NCBI GenBank assembly: GCA_035339375.1
Contig: DAOQID010000006.1
Location: forward strand, 1-57,408
DNA: 57,408 nucleotides
Source: Anaerolineales bacterium
GTDB taxonomy: Bacteria; Chloroflexota; Anaerolineae; Anaerolineales; Villigracilaceae
Direction of reading: 5' to 3'
The number at the start of each line of letters is the position of its first letter. The first letter of the stretch is position 1. The translations under genes and the position numbers were made by a program. The notes under the pieces are model-generated. The model had not been told where the DNA came from and did no database searches. It saw only the letters and a list, made by a program, of their open reading frames with translations. Positions 44,176-54,185 of this stretch are shown here, piece by piece.

Positions 44176-46026
44176 ATGTCGTTCAACATCGGTGAAAACG
44201 TCGGCCCATATCGAATTCTTGAACAACTTGGGCAGGGTGGTATGGCAACAGTATTCAAGGCCTATCACGCCTCGCTTGATCGGTATGTGGCTTTAAAAGT
44301 TTTACACCCTGCATTCAACCAGGAACAGTCTTTCATTTCACGCTTTCAACGCGAAGCGCGGGTGGTGGCAAAACTCGAACATCCAAACATTGTCCCGATT
44401 TACGATTATTCCGAACATGAGGCACGCCCGTACCTCGTGATGAAATACATTGAGGGGGATACACTGAAGGCGCGGTTGAACAAAGGTCCGCTTTCAGCAG
44501 GTGAGATTGAAACAGTCGTGAATGCGATTGGAGCGGCGCTGGCCTACGCACACAGGCAAGGCATTCTGCATCGTGATGTCAAACCATCCAATGTGATGCT
44601 GGCCGCAGATGGATTGATCTATCTCGCTGATTTTGGCCTTGCTCGCATCGCACAGGCAGGCGAATCGACCATGTCTGCGGACTCGATCATGGGGACGCCA
44701 CAGTATATTTCGCCCGAACAGGCCATGGGTAAAAAAGACCTCGATTCAGGGACGGATATCTACTCTTTTGGTGTGATGCTGTATGAAATGGTCGTGGGGC
44801 AGGTTCCATTCAGTGCAGATACCCCCTTCTCCATCATTCATGACCATATTTACACGCCCCTGCCCCTGCCAAGAAAAATAAACCCAAATGTTCCCGAATC
44901 TGTTCAACGGGTGCTTCTAAAGGCGTTGGCAAAAGATCGCATTGACCGCTATGAAACCATTGAAGAGCTGGTACAAGCCTTCAAAGACGCATGGACTGAA
45001 GCCGGTGTCCCCATGCAGGGCACATCCATCACCATGCACTCCACCAATCTTCGCAAGCAGGTTCAATCAACGGCATCCAAACCCAAGCCTGCCATGCCCA
45101 ACCTCGTCAATGAAAAACCAAGACCGCAGGCCAAGGCACCCGCAAAAAAAGGCAGCGCCGTGTGGATGTGGCTCGGCGTAGCCCTGACTGGTTTTATTTG
45201 CATCATCATCGCCTTCATTGCAATTCGCAACAACAACCGAATCGCACCCTTGCCCGTTCAACCTACACTTGTTCCAACTGCCGTCATTTTAGAGCCGTCA
45301 CCGGCGATCCCAACCCAATCCGCGCCGCCTACATTCCCTCCCTTAACACCCCCGCTCGGCACAGATACAACTGGTCAGCCGCCGCTCAACCCACAAGGCA
45401 GTGACACACCCGAAATCGCAGCCGCAAGGGAAGTTGTGGCGAAAAATCCGCAGGATGCAGATGCACACCTTCAGCTTGCCTTTGCACTTTGGGATGCCAA
45501 AGAAATTCGCCCGTCCATGGATTCGCTGATGCAGGCAATGGGACTGGCTGGCCCCGGTAACACGGATTTTCTACAAAAGGCAGCCAGCGGGTTTCATCAA
45601 CGCGAGGCATGGGTGGCAGCTACAGCCATCTACCTGCGTTTGCAGGCAAGTTACGCTGGCGCGCCTGTTCCTGAAGACATAAAAATCAACACCAACGAAT
45701 CGGCATACAAAGCAGCAGACCGAAAAGATTTCCTGCTGCTCATTGCGTTCGACCAGATCGATGCCATCGACCCGCGTCTTGGACATGTTGTCCGTGGGCG
45801 GCAGGCATTATTCAACAACAATTTGCAGGAAGCCCAGCTTCAACTCGCAGAAGCCGAAAAACTCGAGCCCAAGATCCCCGAAATGTTTTTACTCAAAGCT
45901 GAGATCGCCCTGCGCAATGGTAATACCTCTGAAGCAAGAACCATTTTCAACAACACGCTCAACAATCCAGCCACACCCGCCTGGATGCGCCTGATGATTG
46001 AAGAGCTGCTCAAAACCATGCAATAA
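44176..46026 (+). CDS. Hanks-type Ser/Thr protein kinase with TM helix and extracytoplasmic TPR-like domain
   Basis: LGQGGMATV, VALK, HRDVKPSN, DFGLA, GTPQYISPEQ; TM at WMWLGVALTG...; helical repeats at the C-terminus. Confidence 0.92.
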   Translation: MSFNIGENVGPYRILEQLGQGGMATVFKAYHASLDRYVALKVLHPAFNQEQSFISRFQREARVVAKLEHPNIVPIYDYSEHEARPYLVMKYIEGDTLKARLNKGPLSAGEIETVVNAIGAALAYAHRQGILHRDVKPSNVMLAADGLIYLADFGLARIAQAGESTMSADSIMGTPQYISPEQAMGKKDLDSGTDIYSFGVMLYEMVVGQVPFSADTPFSIIHDHIYTPLPLPRKINPNVPESVQRVLLKALAKDRIDRYETIEELVQAFKDAWTEAGVPMQGTSITMHSTNLRKQVQSTASKPKPAMPNLVNEKPRPQAKAPAKKGSAVWMWLGVALTGFICIIIAFIAIRNNNRIAPLPVQPTLVPTAVILEPSPAIPTQSAPPTFPPLTPPLGTDTTGQPPLNPQGSDTPEIAAAREVVAKNPQDADAHLQLAFALWDAKEIRPSMDSLMQAMGLAGPGNTDFLQKAASGFHQREAWVAATAIYLRLQASYAGAPVPEDIKINTNESAYKAADRKDFLLLIAFDQIDAIDPRLGHVVRGRQALFNNNLQEAQLQLAEAEKLEPKIPEMFLLKAEIALRNGNTSEARTIFNNTLNNPATPAWMRLMIEELLKTMQ

Positions 46027-46036
46027 GGACACAACA

Positions 46037-46804
46037 ATGCGAAAACCACTCGTAGCTGGCAATTGGAAAATGAACAAAACCATCACAGAAACTCGTGACC
46101 TGGTCTTCACAATGAGCATGAAATTGCGTGAAATTGACGGCGTGGAAAAAGTCATCTGCCCGCCGTTCATGTCACTCATGGCTGCAGCCGCACTGCTCGA
46201 AGGCTCGGGCATCGGCCTCGGCGCACAAAACATGCACTGGGAAGAAAAAGGCGCCTTCACAGGCGAGGTCTCTCCCGCCATGGTCAAGGAGTTGTGCGGA
46301 TACGTCATCCTGGGCCACTCGGAACGGCGCTCCTATTTTGGAGAAACCGACCAGATCGTGAATCGGAAGCTGCTCGCCGCCCAAGCCATGGACCTGGTAC
46401 CGATCGTTTGTGTCGGCGAGACTTTGGAACAGTACGAATCAAAACTTACCCGTGAAGTTGTTTCTACTCAAACGAGTCAGAGTCTCAGGGGTGTATCTCC
46501 ATCCTATGCCCCGCGCATGATCGTAGCGTACGAACCTGTCTGGGCCATTGGCACAGGCAAAGCCTCCAACGGGCCTGACGCCAATGACGTTGTAAAAGAT
46601 GTCATCCGCCCAGCGCTGGCAGATTTATTTGGAAACGAAACCGCACAAGCCATCCGCGTTTTGTATGGCGGGTCGGTCACTGCTGCAAATGCCGCCGAGT
46701 TCTTCGGCCAGCCTGATATTGACGGCGCTCTTGTCGGCGGAGCCAGCTTGAAGATCGATGAATTCGTAGCCATCGCCAAAGCCGCCGCAAGCACCGCAGC
46801 ATAA
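46037..46804 (+). CDS. tpiA: Triosephosphate isomerase
   Basis: AGNWKMN, GHSERR, AYEPVWAIGTG, YGGSV, LVGGASL. Confidence 0.97.
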   Translation: MRKPLVAGNWKMNKTITETRDLVFTMSMKLREIDGVEKVICPPFMSLMAAAALLEGSGIGLGAQNMHWEEKGAFTGEVSPAMVKELCGYVILGHSERRSYFGETDQIVNRKLLAAQAMDLVPIVCVGETLEQYESKLTREVVSTQTSQSLRGVSPSYAPRMIVAYEPVWAIGTGKASNGPDANDVVKDVIRPALADLFGNETAQAIRVLYGGSVTAANAAEFFGQPDIDGALVGGASLKIDEFVAIAKAAASTAA

Positions 46805-46838
46805 CCCTGAAGGAATCCAAAAAAAATTCTTTTCGATC

Positions 46839-47594
46839 ATGCCCTTCACTGGCTTTCTGCTGTTCATTCTGCTGCTTCTGCCGCTGGTATTTCTCCAGCG
46901 GCTTTTGCATCGTGAAATTCAGGCTGTCCTGCTCATCCTCACCCGCAACTCACAGTTGACCATCGGCTTGTTTTCGGTGCTGTTTTTCCCCGGTGTGTTC
47001 CTGCATGAATTAAGTCATTTCCTCATGGCAAAGTTACTGCAGGTGCGGACAGGAAACATTTCACTCATCCCAGCCGCCCTGCCAAATGGACGCCTGCAAA
47101 TGGGTTATGTGGAAACCGAAGAAACCGACGTAGTCCGCGATTCATTGATCGGGCTGGCCCCGCTCATTGCAGGCTCGCTCTTTATCGCCTACGCAGGCTT
47201 AAACCGTCTTGGGTTTGGCATGCTCATGGATCTGCTGGCCAATGGGCAATTTGCCCTGTTTTGGACAGCACTGGGTTACCTGCCTCAAGTCGATGATTTT
47301 TACTTATGGTTCTATCTCGTATTTGCGGTTTCCAGCATGATGCTGCCCTCTGAATCAGACCGCCATGCCTGGCTCCCGTTGGGAGTATGGATAGCAGGGC
47401 TGTTTGCATTGGCGATCTTTGCTGGAGCAGGCCAATGGATGTTGGAAAACCTGGCCCCCTCATTAAACGATTTCCTTGGCACAGTAGCCACTTTGTTTGG
47501 GTTAAGCGTTGCTGTTCATGTGATCCTTTTATTGCCCACCATGCTTCTGCACCGCGCCCTTTCAAGGATCACAGGGTTGGATATAAAAAAGTAG
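46839..47594 (+). CDS. Membrane protein with HExxH motif (M50-like metallopeptidase candidate)
   Basis: PGVFLHELSH, GYV, IGLAP, PSESD; multiple TM segments. Confidence 0.6.
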   Translation: MPFTGFLLFILLLLPLVFLQRLLHREIQAVLLILTRNSQLTIGLFSVLFFPGVFLHELSHFLMAKLLQVRTGNISLIPAALPNGRLQMGYVETEETDVVRDSLIGLAPLIAGSLFIAYAGLNRLGFGMLMDLLANGQFALFWTALGYLPQVDDFYLWFYLVFAVSSMMLPSESDRHAWLPLGVWIAGLFALAIFAGAGQWMLENLAPSLNDFLGTVATLFGLSVAVHVILLLPTMLLHRALSRITGLDIKK

Positions 47595-47729
47595 CACAGA
47601 CGCAAATTCGATCAAGAAAAAGGGAACCACCACTTGGGTCTGCTTTCTTTCTGCAGATGAACCACTGTTTCGGGGTGCCCCAGTCAAATCAGCACTTTCT
47701 TTGCCATGTTTTGCACAACTTCACTATCA

Positions 47730-47825
47730 TCATTTAGCATGGCAGTAATGGCATGGTTGATTTGGATTCGGTTTAACATCAACAGGTGAACCGCAGGCAG
47801 GGCAATTGAGCAGGTCGATTTTCAT
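47730..47825 (-). CDS. Small zinc-ribbon peptide (31 aa) or remnant of a deleted gene
   Basis: GGAGG SD, then MKIDLLNCPACGSPVDVKPNPNQPCHYCHAK*; below the ORF-track cutoff. Confidence 0.4.
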   Translation of the reverse strand: MKIDLLNCPACGSPVDVKPNPNQPCHYCHAK

Positions 47826-47849
47826 GGAGTACACCCTCCTACAACATGC

Positions 47850-49178
47850 TTAACGAATGGGCGGCATTTCCGCTTTTTTATTGAAAGTGTTCCAAGCCAG
47901 CGAATGCAGGGCCCTTTTTTGAGACGGAATGGATTCGGCGCGCTTTAGCCATTCTGCTTCAGCTTGTGCGGCTTCGGCAAAGCAATGCGCTGAAAATTCC
48001 GCCCGCTCTTTTACAGAGGCGTTGGCAAGTCTGCGCGATTCTGAGAGGAATTTCTTTTCCATTGCATCGCGGTCACTGGCGTAGGTTTTAATCCGTTCAG
48101 AATAGTTTAGCAAGGTGGCACGGTGCAACTGTTCATGCTTCCAATATGTCGACGCTGAGTCGTATTTTGAAGCAGGAGCAGGCCCAAGGTTAAGGGAAGA
48201 AGCGGTGTCCATCCACATGGGCTTGAAAATGCTGGTACAAGGGGCAGATGTGCCGGTGACGTAAATGAGCGGAGTTTTGTCATCCAGGAGTACAACCAGG
48301 GAAGCGGTGCTTTGACTGATGCGGATCGGGCCGAAACCTGCATGCATGCAAACATCCATGGCGGCAACGGTGTTTTGCGGGTCGTAATGTTCGTCATCGT
48401 GATGACGGAGAATGCCCATCATGGTTTCGAGTGTGACGCTGCCTTTTTGAGTTTCAAGCAGGGAGGTCGTTGTGGCGCGGCGGACACGGCCTTTGCCGAA
48501 GTTGGTGTAAATAAAATCGGAATAATTTTCGGCGTAATCAAATTGAGATCCAGATTTGACCCAGCCTTTTTGTACGGCATTCTCGACCAGTTCTTTTGAG
48601 GCAATATCAAACTGGCCGCCAAGCGTAAAACAATTTGAGATGGAATACACATCGGTGATCTGTTTTGCCGCCCATTGTTTATCAACAGTTTCAAGCAGCC
48701 AGGTTTCATTTGCATCTGCAATTAAAAAACTGTTGTGGTAATACATGGTTTCACCATGTGATGCCGCGTTTCCACCCTGACCAAATTTTTCAAGTAAATC
48801 TATGATGACCTGCACTGCCTCGCGCGGTGTGATGGCACGTTCCAGTGCAGCGCGAAGCATATCCATTCCGAGCAACGCAGGCTTTTTATTGGCGGGCACT
48901 TTTGAATACACTGCTTCATTGCCAATGACAAGCCCATGTTCGTTCACACCCATTTCCGCGCCCCACATCCAAAACGGTTTGGATAATAGAACGGCGTGAG
49001 TCTTTTCAACTTGTGGAATTTCAATGTAGGTGCATTTCAGTCTGCTTCCTGCGGCGTGCGTTTGCGCAGGAAAATAAACAATATGCTGACCTTCGTTCGG
49101 GGGACGGTCGGAATTCTTTGCGAAGATGGCAATATTATCGGAGGTGGCTTGTTTGCTGGCAATGAGAGTGTCGCACAT
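47850..49178 (-). CDS. C69 family dipeptidase / secernin-like Ntn hydrolase
   Basis: N-terminal MCDT, FAKNSDRPPNE, WMWGAEMGVNEHG..IGNEAV, YHNSFLIAD. Confidence 0.88.
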   Translation of the reverse strand: MCDTLIASKQATSDNIAIFAKNSDRPPNEGQHIVYFPAQTHAAGSRLKCTYIEIPQVEKTHAVLLSKPFWMWGAEMGVNEHGLVIGNEAVYSKVPANKKPALLGMDMLRAALERAITPREAVQVIIDLLEKFGQGGNAASHGETMYYHNSFLIADANETWLLETVDKQWAAKQITDVYSISNCFTLGGQFDIASKELVENAVQKGWVKSGSQFDYAENYSDFIYTNFGKGRVRRATTTSLLETQKGSVTLETMMGILRHHDDEHYDPQNTVAAMDVCMHAGFGPIRISQSTASLVVLLDDKTPLIYVTGTSAPCTSIFKPMWMDTASSLNLGPAPASKYDSASTYWKHEQLHRATLLNYSERIKTYASDRDAMEKKFLSESRRLANASVKERAEFSAHCFAEAAQAEAEWLKRAESIPSQKRALHSLAWNTFNKKAEMPPIR

Positions 49179-49237
49179 GGTTATTGCCGAAGTATAGCAT
49201 ATTCATTTTCGTTTCAGATAGGGTCTGTCCGAATAAT

Positions 49238-51178
49238 TCAAGGCGCCAGCCGCAAATGCACGACAAATGTTGTACCTTGATTCAATTCGCTGATCACGTC
49301 AATTTTTCCGCCCAATTCATCCACAATGGATTTGACGATATACAGGCCGATGCCCGTACCAGGGATTTCTGCAACGGTGACGTTCTTGGCACGATAAAAA
49401 CGCTCGAACAGATGCGGCACCGCCTCAGGAGGGATTCCCAAACCGTGGTCTGTGATGGAAATACGCGCTTCATGCTCCGCGCCGCCGCAAACTGCCGCTA
49501 CATCGACGGTGCTGCCTTCGGGTGAGAATTTCACGGCATTGTTGATGAGATTGATAAAGACCTGTGAAAGACCGCCCGCATCACCAAGCACGCTGCAAAT
49601 ATCAGAATCCACGGATAATTCAATGGAAATATCCCGCATCCGCGCAATGGATTTGACCGCCCGCACAGATTCCTGAAGAATGGGAGCCAATTCCATGGGA
49701 ACGGCATCGAGTTTCATTCGTCCGCTCTCGAGACGGCCAGCCATCAACAATTCGTTGATCAAATTCTTTTGGCGGTTCAGTTCACTGGTCAGCGTGTGCC
49801 AGTATTCGCTCATTTGCTCTTCTGTACCGCCTTGCTGAAGCAGTTCGGTCATCATAATGGCGGCGGTCAAGGGGGTGCGGAGTTCATGCGAAGCACGGTT
49901 GATGAAATCAGATTTCATCTGATCGAGCCGCGCTTGCTCAGAAATATCACGGACAATGATGAGCGCCTCTTCGGCACTGATGGGATGCAGGCGCGCCTCA
50001 AAAGTCTGCTGGTGATTTGGCAGGTTGAATCCGTACACCCAGTGTGAAGATAGAAAGGCATCCTGATCCTCGGTTTCGATGATCATATTCACAACATCGG
50101 CAGGCCAGAGTTGATCGAGCCGCTTCCCCACCACCAGGTCACGAGGCATATACAATGGATGGCTGGGATGCGCGTTGTAATCCAGAATATGCCCTGTCAG
50201 GTCGGTGCGCAGAAGCAGGTCGGGCAGGGCATCGACCAAAATACGGTTACGCATTTCACTAAGGCGAATGGTCTTTTCGTAGTGCAGGCGCTCCAAAGCT
50301 GCGCCGATCAGGTTTACCGTTGTTTGCACGGTGTCAAACTCAGCCGTAAGCCAGGAAAGCTCGGTCTCTTTATCAAAAAGCGCCAGAAATCCCCTTGAAC
50401 CCAAAGTTCCCTGCACGGGAATGACAAGAATGGAAACTGTAGGCACTTCCTGATTTTGCAGTTTTACATTGGTAACGGAAAACACACGTTCAGGATTTTC
50501 CGAGATCGAAGCAAGGAATGGTTCAAGGGTTGAGGTCAGATCAAAGGTGGATGCGTCGTAGCTTTTCCACTGGAATTGAACTTTCATGGAATTTGCCATG
50601 ATATCGAACAAGGCACAGCAAAAAACATCCACGGCATACCCGAGTGATTCCAACACTTCGGGAATCTTCGTTTCAATATTTGATGAGCGGAACAGCCCAG
50701 CCGAAGCTTCACCAATGACGGAAAGCGAAAGCATATGGCGCTTGAGATTCGCTTCAGCCTGCTTGTGTTCCGAAATATCACGGGCCAGCATTTGGATGTA
50801 GGTGGGCATATTGTGTTCATTATGAACCATAGAGATGCTCAACTCTACAGGCAGCATCGAACCATCCCGCTTGCGCAGGGTGTATTCGGATGGGCTCGTG
50901 CGCCTCTCAAGAAGGGTCTCGCGCGTTTGGGAATCATCGATCAGCATGATCGCTTCCACAGGCAGACCCACCAGCTGGTGTTCTTCATACGCCAGCAATT
51001 TCAAAGCCTGAAGATTGGCAGTTACGATCTTGAAATCAAGGCTGATAATGAATACACACTCCCCTGTTTGCTCAAATAATGCGCGGTAATCGAGGTCCGT
51101 CCCCAGTAAATTTCTGCCTGCATGATGCATTTTCACATCCACAGGCAGTCTGCTGAGAGGGACAGTTTTTTCATCCAT
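49238..51178 (-). CDS. PAS-GAF-PAS sensor histidine kinase
   Basis: PAS domains, ASHELRTPL, NLINNAVKF, DHGLG, GTGIGL. Confidence 0.9.
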   Translation of the reverse strand: MDEKTVPLSRLPVDVKMHHAGRNLLGTDLDYRALFEQTGECVFIISLDFKIVTANLQALKLLAYEEHQLVGLPVEAIMLIDDSQTRETLLERRTSPSEYTLRKRDGSMLPVELSISMVHNEHNMPTYIQMLARDISEHKQAEANLKRHMLSLSVIGEASAGLFRSSNIETKIPEVLESLGYAVDVFCCALFDIMANSMKVQFQWKSYDASTFDLTSTLEPFLASISENPERVFSVTNVKLQNQEVPTVSILVIPVQGTLGSRGFLALFDKETELSWLTAEFDTVQTTVNLIGAALERLHYEKTIRLSEMRNRILVDALPDLLLRTDLTGHILDYNAHPSHPLYMPRDLVVGKRLDQLWPADVVNMIIETEDQDAFLSSHWVYGFNLPNHQQTFEARLHPISAEEALIIVRDISEQARLDQMKSDFINRASHELRTPLTAAIMMTELLQQGGTEEQMSEYWHTLTSELNRQKNLINELLMAGRLESGRMKLDAVPMELAPILQESVRAVKSIARMRDISIELSVDSDICSVLGDAGGLSQVFINLINNAVKFSPEGSTVDVAAVCGGAEHEARISITDHGLGIPPEAVPHLFERFYRAKNVTVAEIPGTGIGLYIVKSIVDELGGKIDVISELNQGTTFVVHLRLAP

Positions 51179-52307
51179 ATTCAACGTCTTCTGGCCGCAT
51201 ATCTGGCAGTGTGGCCACAACGCAACATCCTTTTTCAGAGTCGACGATCTTTACTTCTCCGCCAAGATTGGAGAAGACAGCCCGTGCCACGGTAAGCCCG
51301 ACACCCAACCCTTGAAATTCGCGCTGGTCACCCTGGCTGATTTGATAAAAGCGTTCAAATACTTTTTCGCGCAGTTCAACAGGCACGCCCACGCTTTCAT
51401 CCTGAATTGTGATGGTGCCGCCCCCATTCTCACCAGACCTGACCTTCAGACTCACTTGTCCATGCTCGGGGCTGAACTTGAAGGCATTATCAGCGAGGTG
51501 AGCAAGCGCCTGCGAAAATTCCTTGCGCGGCGCCTTGATGGGATTCGCCAATTTGATATCGTACACAAAGTTGATTCTCTTCAGGGGGTAACGGTGCAGC
51601 CGTTTCTGTACCGGGGAGAGAATGTGATGCTCGACATCGATCAACTGTCGGGTTGGGTTGAGATCGTGCTGGTCCATATCCGAGAGCAAAATGATATCCG
51701 CCACCAGCGTGTCAAGACGGTCCACACTGGCAAGTGCAATGCGGATGAACTCAGCCTGCTCATCAGGATTTTTATATTTTGTGTTGACTGCCATTTCCAA
51801 TGACATGATGACATTGCTCAACGGAGTGCGCAATTCATGTCTGAAATTCTGCAGGACCTCCCTGCGAAGTTTATCCATCTCCTGCTGTGCCGCATGCTGC
51901 ACCTGCTCGCGGCCGCGGGCTTGTTCAGTTTGAACACGGCGCAAAACTGCGTCAATACGCGCCATTAACTCCTCCGTTACAAAAGGTTTGGTTACATAAT
52001 CATCCGCGCCGCCGCGAATTCCCGCCACACGGTCTTCACTGGCTGTACGCGCTGTAAGAAAAATAAAGGGGATCGATGCAAGTTGGGGATCTGTGCTCAT
52101 TTGCTTTTTCATATCGAATCCGTTGACGACGGGCATCATCACATCAGATACGATCAAAGCAGGCGGCGATTTCTTCGCCTTGACAATGGCATCGCTGCCA
52201 TTCATGGCAGTGATAACGCCATAGCCATGACGTTCGATCGTGGCTGCCAGCCCCATACGAATGGCGGGTTCATCATCCACCACTAGAATAATCGGTTTGT
52301 TTTCCAT
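51171..52307 (-). CDS. Hybrid receiver-histidine kinase (REC-HisKA-HATPase)
   Basis: VVDDE, SDVMMP, FLTA, GADDYVTKPF; RHELRTPL, DNAFKF, GLGVGL. Confidence 0.9.
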   Translation of the reverse strand: MENKPIILVVDDEPAIRMGLAATIERHGYGVITAMNGSDAIVKAKKSPPALIVSDVMMPVVNGFDMKKQMSTDPQLASIPFIFLTARTASEDRVAGIRGGADDYVTKPFVTEELMARIDAVLRRVQTEQARGREQVQHAAQQEMDKLRREVLQNFRHELRTPLSNVIMSLEMAVNTKYKNPDEQAEFIRIALASVDRLDTLVADIILLSDMDQHDLNPTRQLIDVEHHILSPVQKRLHRYPLKRINFVYDIKLANPIKAPRKEFSQALAHLADNAFKFSPEHGQVSLKVRSGENGGGTITIQDESVGVPVELREKVFERFYQISQGDQREFQGLGVGLTVARAVFSNLGGEVKIVDSEKGCCVVATLPDMRPEDVEYG

Positions 52308-52490
52308 GGTAATTTCCTGATTGATAAACACCAGAGGGTGTTTCCTTTCTACAGTTCCTGATTATCATCACATCACACCGAAATATCATTGTAAGGACAT
52401 AACAGTTTCGGTTTCTGCTTTTTCAGGCTTTCAAAGGATTCCACACAATGCCAGCACAAATCCAGTCAATCCACCCGTTATAATAGGGAC

Positions 52491-53753
52491 ATGTTTATAG
52501 ACCACGTAACAATCCATGTAAAATCAGGCAAGGGCGGCGATGGAATGGTGCATTTCCGCCGCGAGAAATTTGTCCCGTTGGGTGGCCCTGACGGGGGGGA
52601 TGGCGGAAGGGGTGGAAATGTCATTTTTGAAGTAAAAGCCACGTTGAACACACTTTCTGCATTTCGGCCCAATGAAAAATTCGCCGCTGAACCAGGAAAA
52701 AATGGGGGCGGTTCGCAGATGACAGGCCGTGGCGGCAAGGACCTCATCATTTACGTGCCCCCAGGCACTGTGCTCTACGATGCAGAGACAGGTGCCCTGC
52801 TGGGCGATTTGACCACCCCCGGTCAGCAGCTTTTGGTGTGCAAAGGCGGCCGTGGCGGGCTTGGCAACCAACACTACGCCACCTCGCGCAATCAGGCGCC
52901 CCGTACAGCAGAGCGCGGCGAGCCCCACGAAGAGAAAATGATCCGCCTTGAGCTCAAACTCATTGCAGATATTGGGATCATCGGCCTTCCAAATGCGGGC
53001 AAATCCACTTTACTGGCGGCGTTGACCAATGCAAAGCCGAAGATCGGTGATTATCCGTTCACTACGCTGGAACCAAATCTCGGTGTGGCAAAAATTGATG
53101 ACGATACAACAGTTGTATTGGCAGACATCCCTGGCTTGATCGAAGGTGCAGCCGAAGGTGCGGGCCTTGGTCACGACTTTTTGCGTCATATTCAGCGCAC
53201 ACGGGTATTGATCCATATGGTTGACGGTCAATCTGAAGACCCGCTGGCCGATTACACCCAAATCAATAATGAACTTGCGCTTTTTGACCCCAACCTGGCA
53301 AAAAAGCCACAGATCGTGGCGCTCAACAAAACCGATCAGCCCGATGTGCAGGAACGTCTGAAAAGCATTAAGGCGAGTTTCAAAAAGAAAAAAATCGAGT
53401 TATTCACACTCTCTGCCATGGCACGCACAAACACCCGCGATCTATTGATCGCTGCGCATCAAAGACTGGCCGATATGCCCGTGGAAGAAGTAGAGGAAAC
53501 CCTGCCCGTCTACAAGCCAGATGTGGACCCGAATCACTTCGAGATCACCCGCGAAGACGATGGCAGCTGGCGCATCACCGGCGTGGCTATTGAGCGCTCG
53601 GCAAAGATGACCTATTTTGAGCACGATGGCTCCTTGCGCCGCTTTCAGAAGTTGCTACAACGGCTCGGAGTGGACGACGCTCTGCGTGAAGCAGGTGTTA
53701 CAGATGGCGACACTGTTTTCATTGGCAATTTTGAACTGGAATGGAAGGAATAA
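52491..53753 (+). CDS. obgE: GTPase ObgE/CgtA
   Basis: Gly-rich Obg fold, GLPNAGKS, YPFTTL, DIPG, NKTD, C-terminal OCT domain. Confidence 0.96.
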   Translation: MFIDHVTIHVKSGKGGDGMVHFRREKFVPLGGPDGGDGGRGGNVIFEVKATLNTLSAFRPNEKFAAEPGKNGGGSQMTGRGGKDLIIYVPPGTVLYDAETGALLGDLTTPGQQLLVCKGGRGGLGNQHYATSRNQAPRTAERGEPHEEKMIRLELKLIADIGIIGLPNAGKSTLLAALTNAKPKIGDYPFTTLEPNLGVAKIDDDTTVVLADIPGLIEGAAEGAGLGHDFLRHIQRTRVLIHMVDGQSEDPLADYTQINNELALFDPNLAKKPQIVALNKTDQPDVQERLKSIKASFKKKKIELFTLSAMARTNTRDLLIAAHQRLADMPVEEVEETLPVYKPDVDPNHFEITREDDGSWRITGVAIERSAKMTYFEHDGSLRRFQKLLQRLGVDDALREAGVTDGDTVFIGNFELEWKE

Positions 53754-53768
53754 CTTCCGAGGATCTGC

Positions 53769-54176
53769 ATGGCACAGCTTTCTCCCAACAAACAACGAGC
53801 GCTGACGATCGGGATGATCGTGCTTGGGGTCATCGTCGCTGCATTTTTTGGAATGCGTGCATTTCGCGCTTTCAACAGGTTCAACGGTCATCGGCCTCCG
53901 CCGCAAGGCAAGGTTGAAACCGATGTCGAACTTATCCGCGGTTGGATGACCGTCCCATTCATTTCGCAAATGTATCGTGTCCCTGATCGGATCATCTTCG
54001 AAGAGCTTAACATCCCTGAAAAGGGAAACATGGAAAAAAGTTTGAAGGACTTAAATCAGGAATACTACCCCAACGAGGATGGCTTTGTCATCGAAATGGT
54101 GAAACAGATCGTTCAGGCGAATCTCCCCAATGAACCACATGATCCGCCAGAGCCACCAACACCGCCAAACCCGTAG
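53769..54176 (+). CDS. Hypothetical membrane-anchored protein
   Basis: N-terminal TM; IRGWMTVPFISQMY motif; GAGG SD. Confidence 0.65.
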   Translation: MAQLSPNKQRALTIGMIVLGVIVAAFFGMRAFRAFNRFNGHRPPPQGKVETDVELIRGWMTVPFISQMYRVPDRIIFEELNIPEKGNMEKSLKDLNQEYYPNEDGFVIEMVKQIVQANLPNEPHDPPEPPTPPNP

Positions 54177-54185
54177 GGATCTTTG

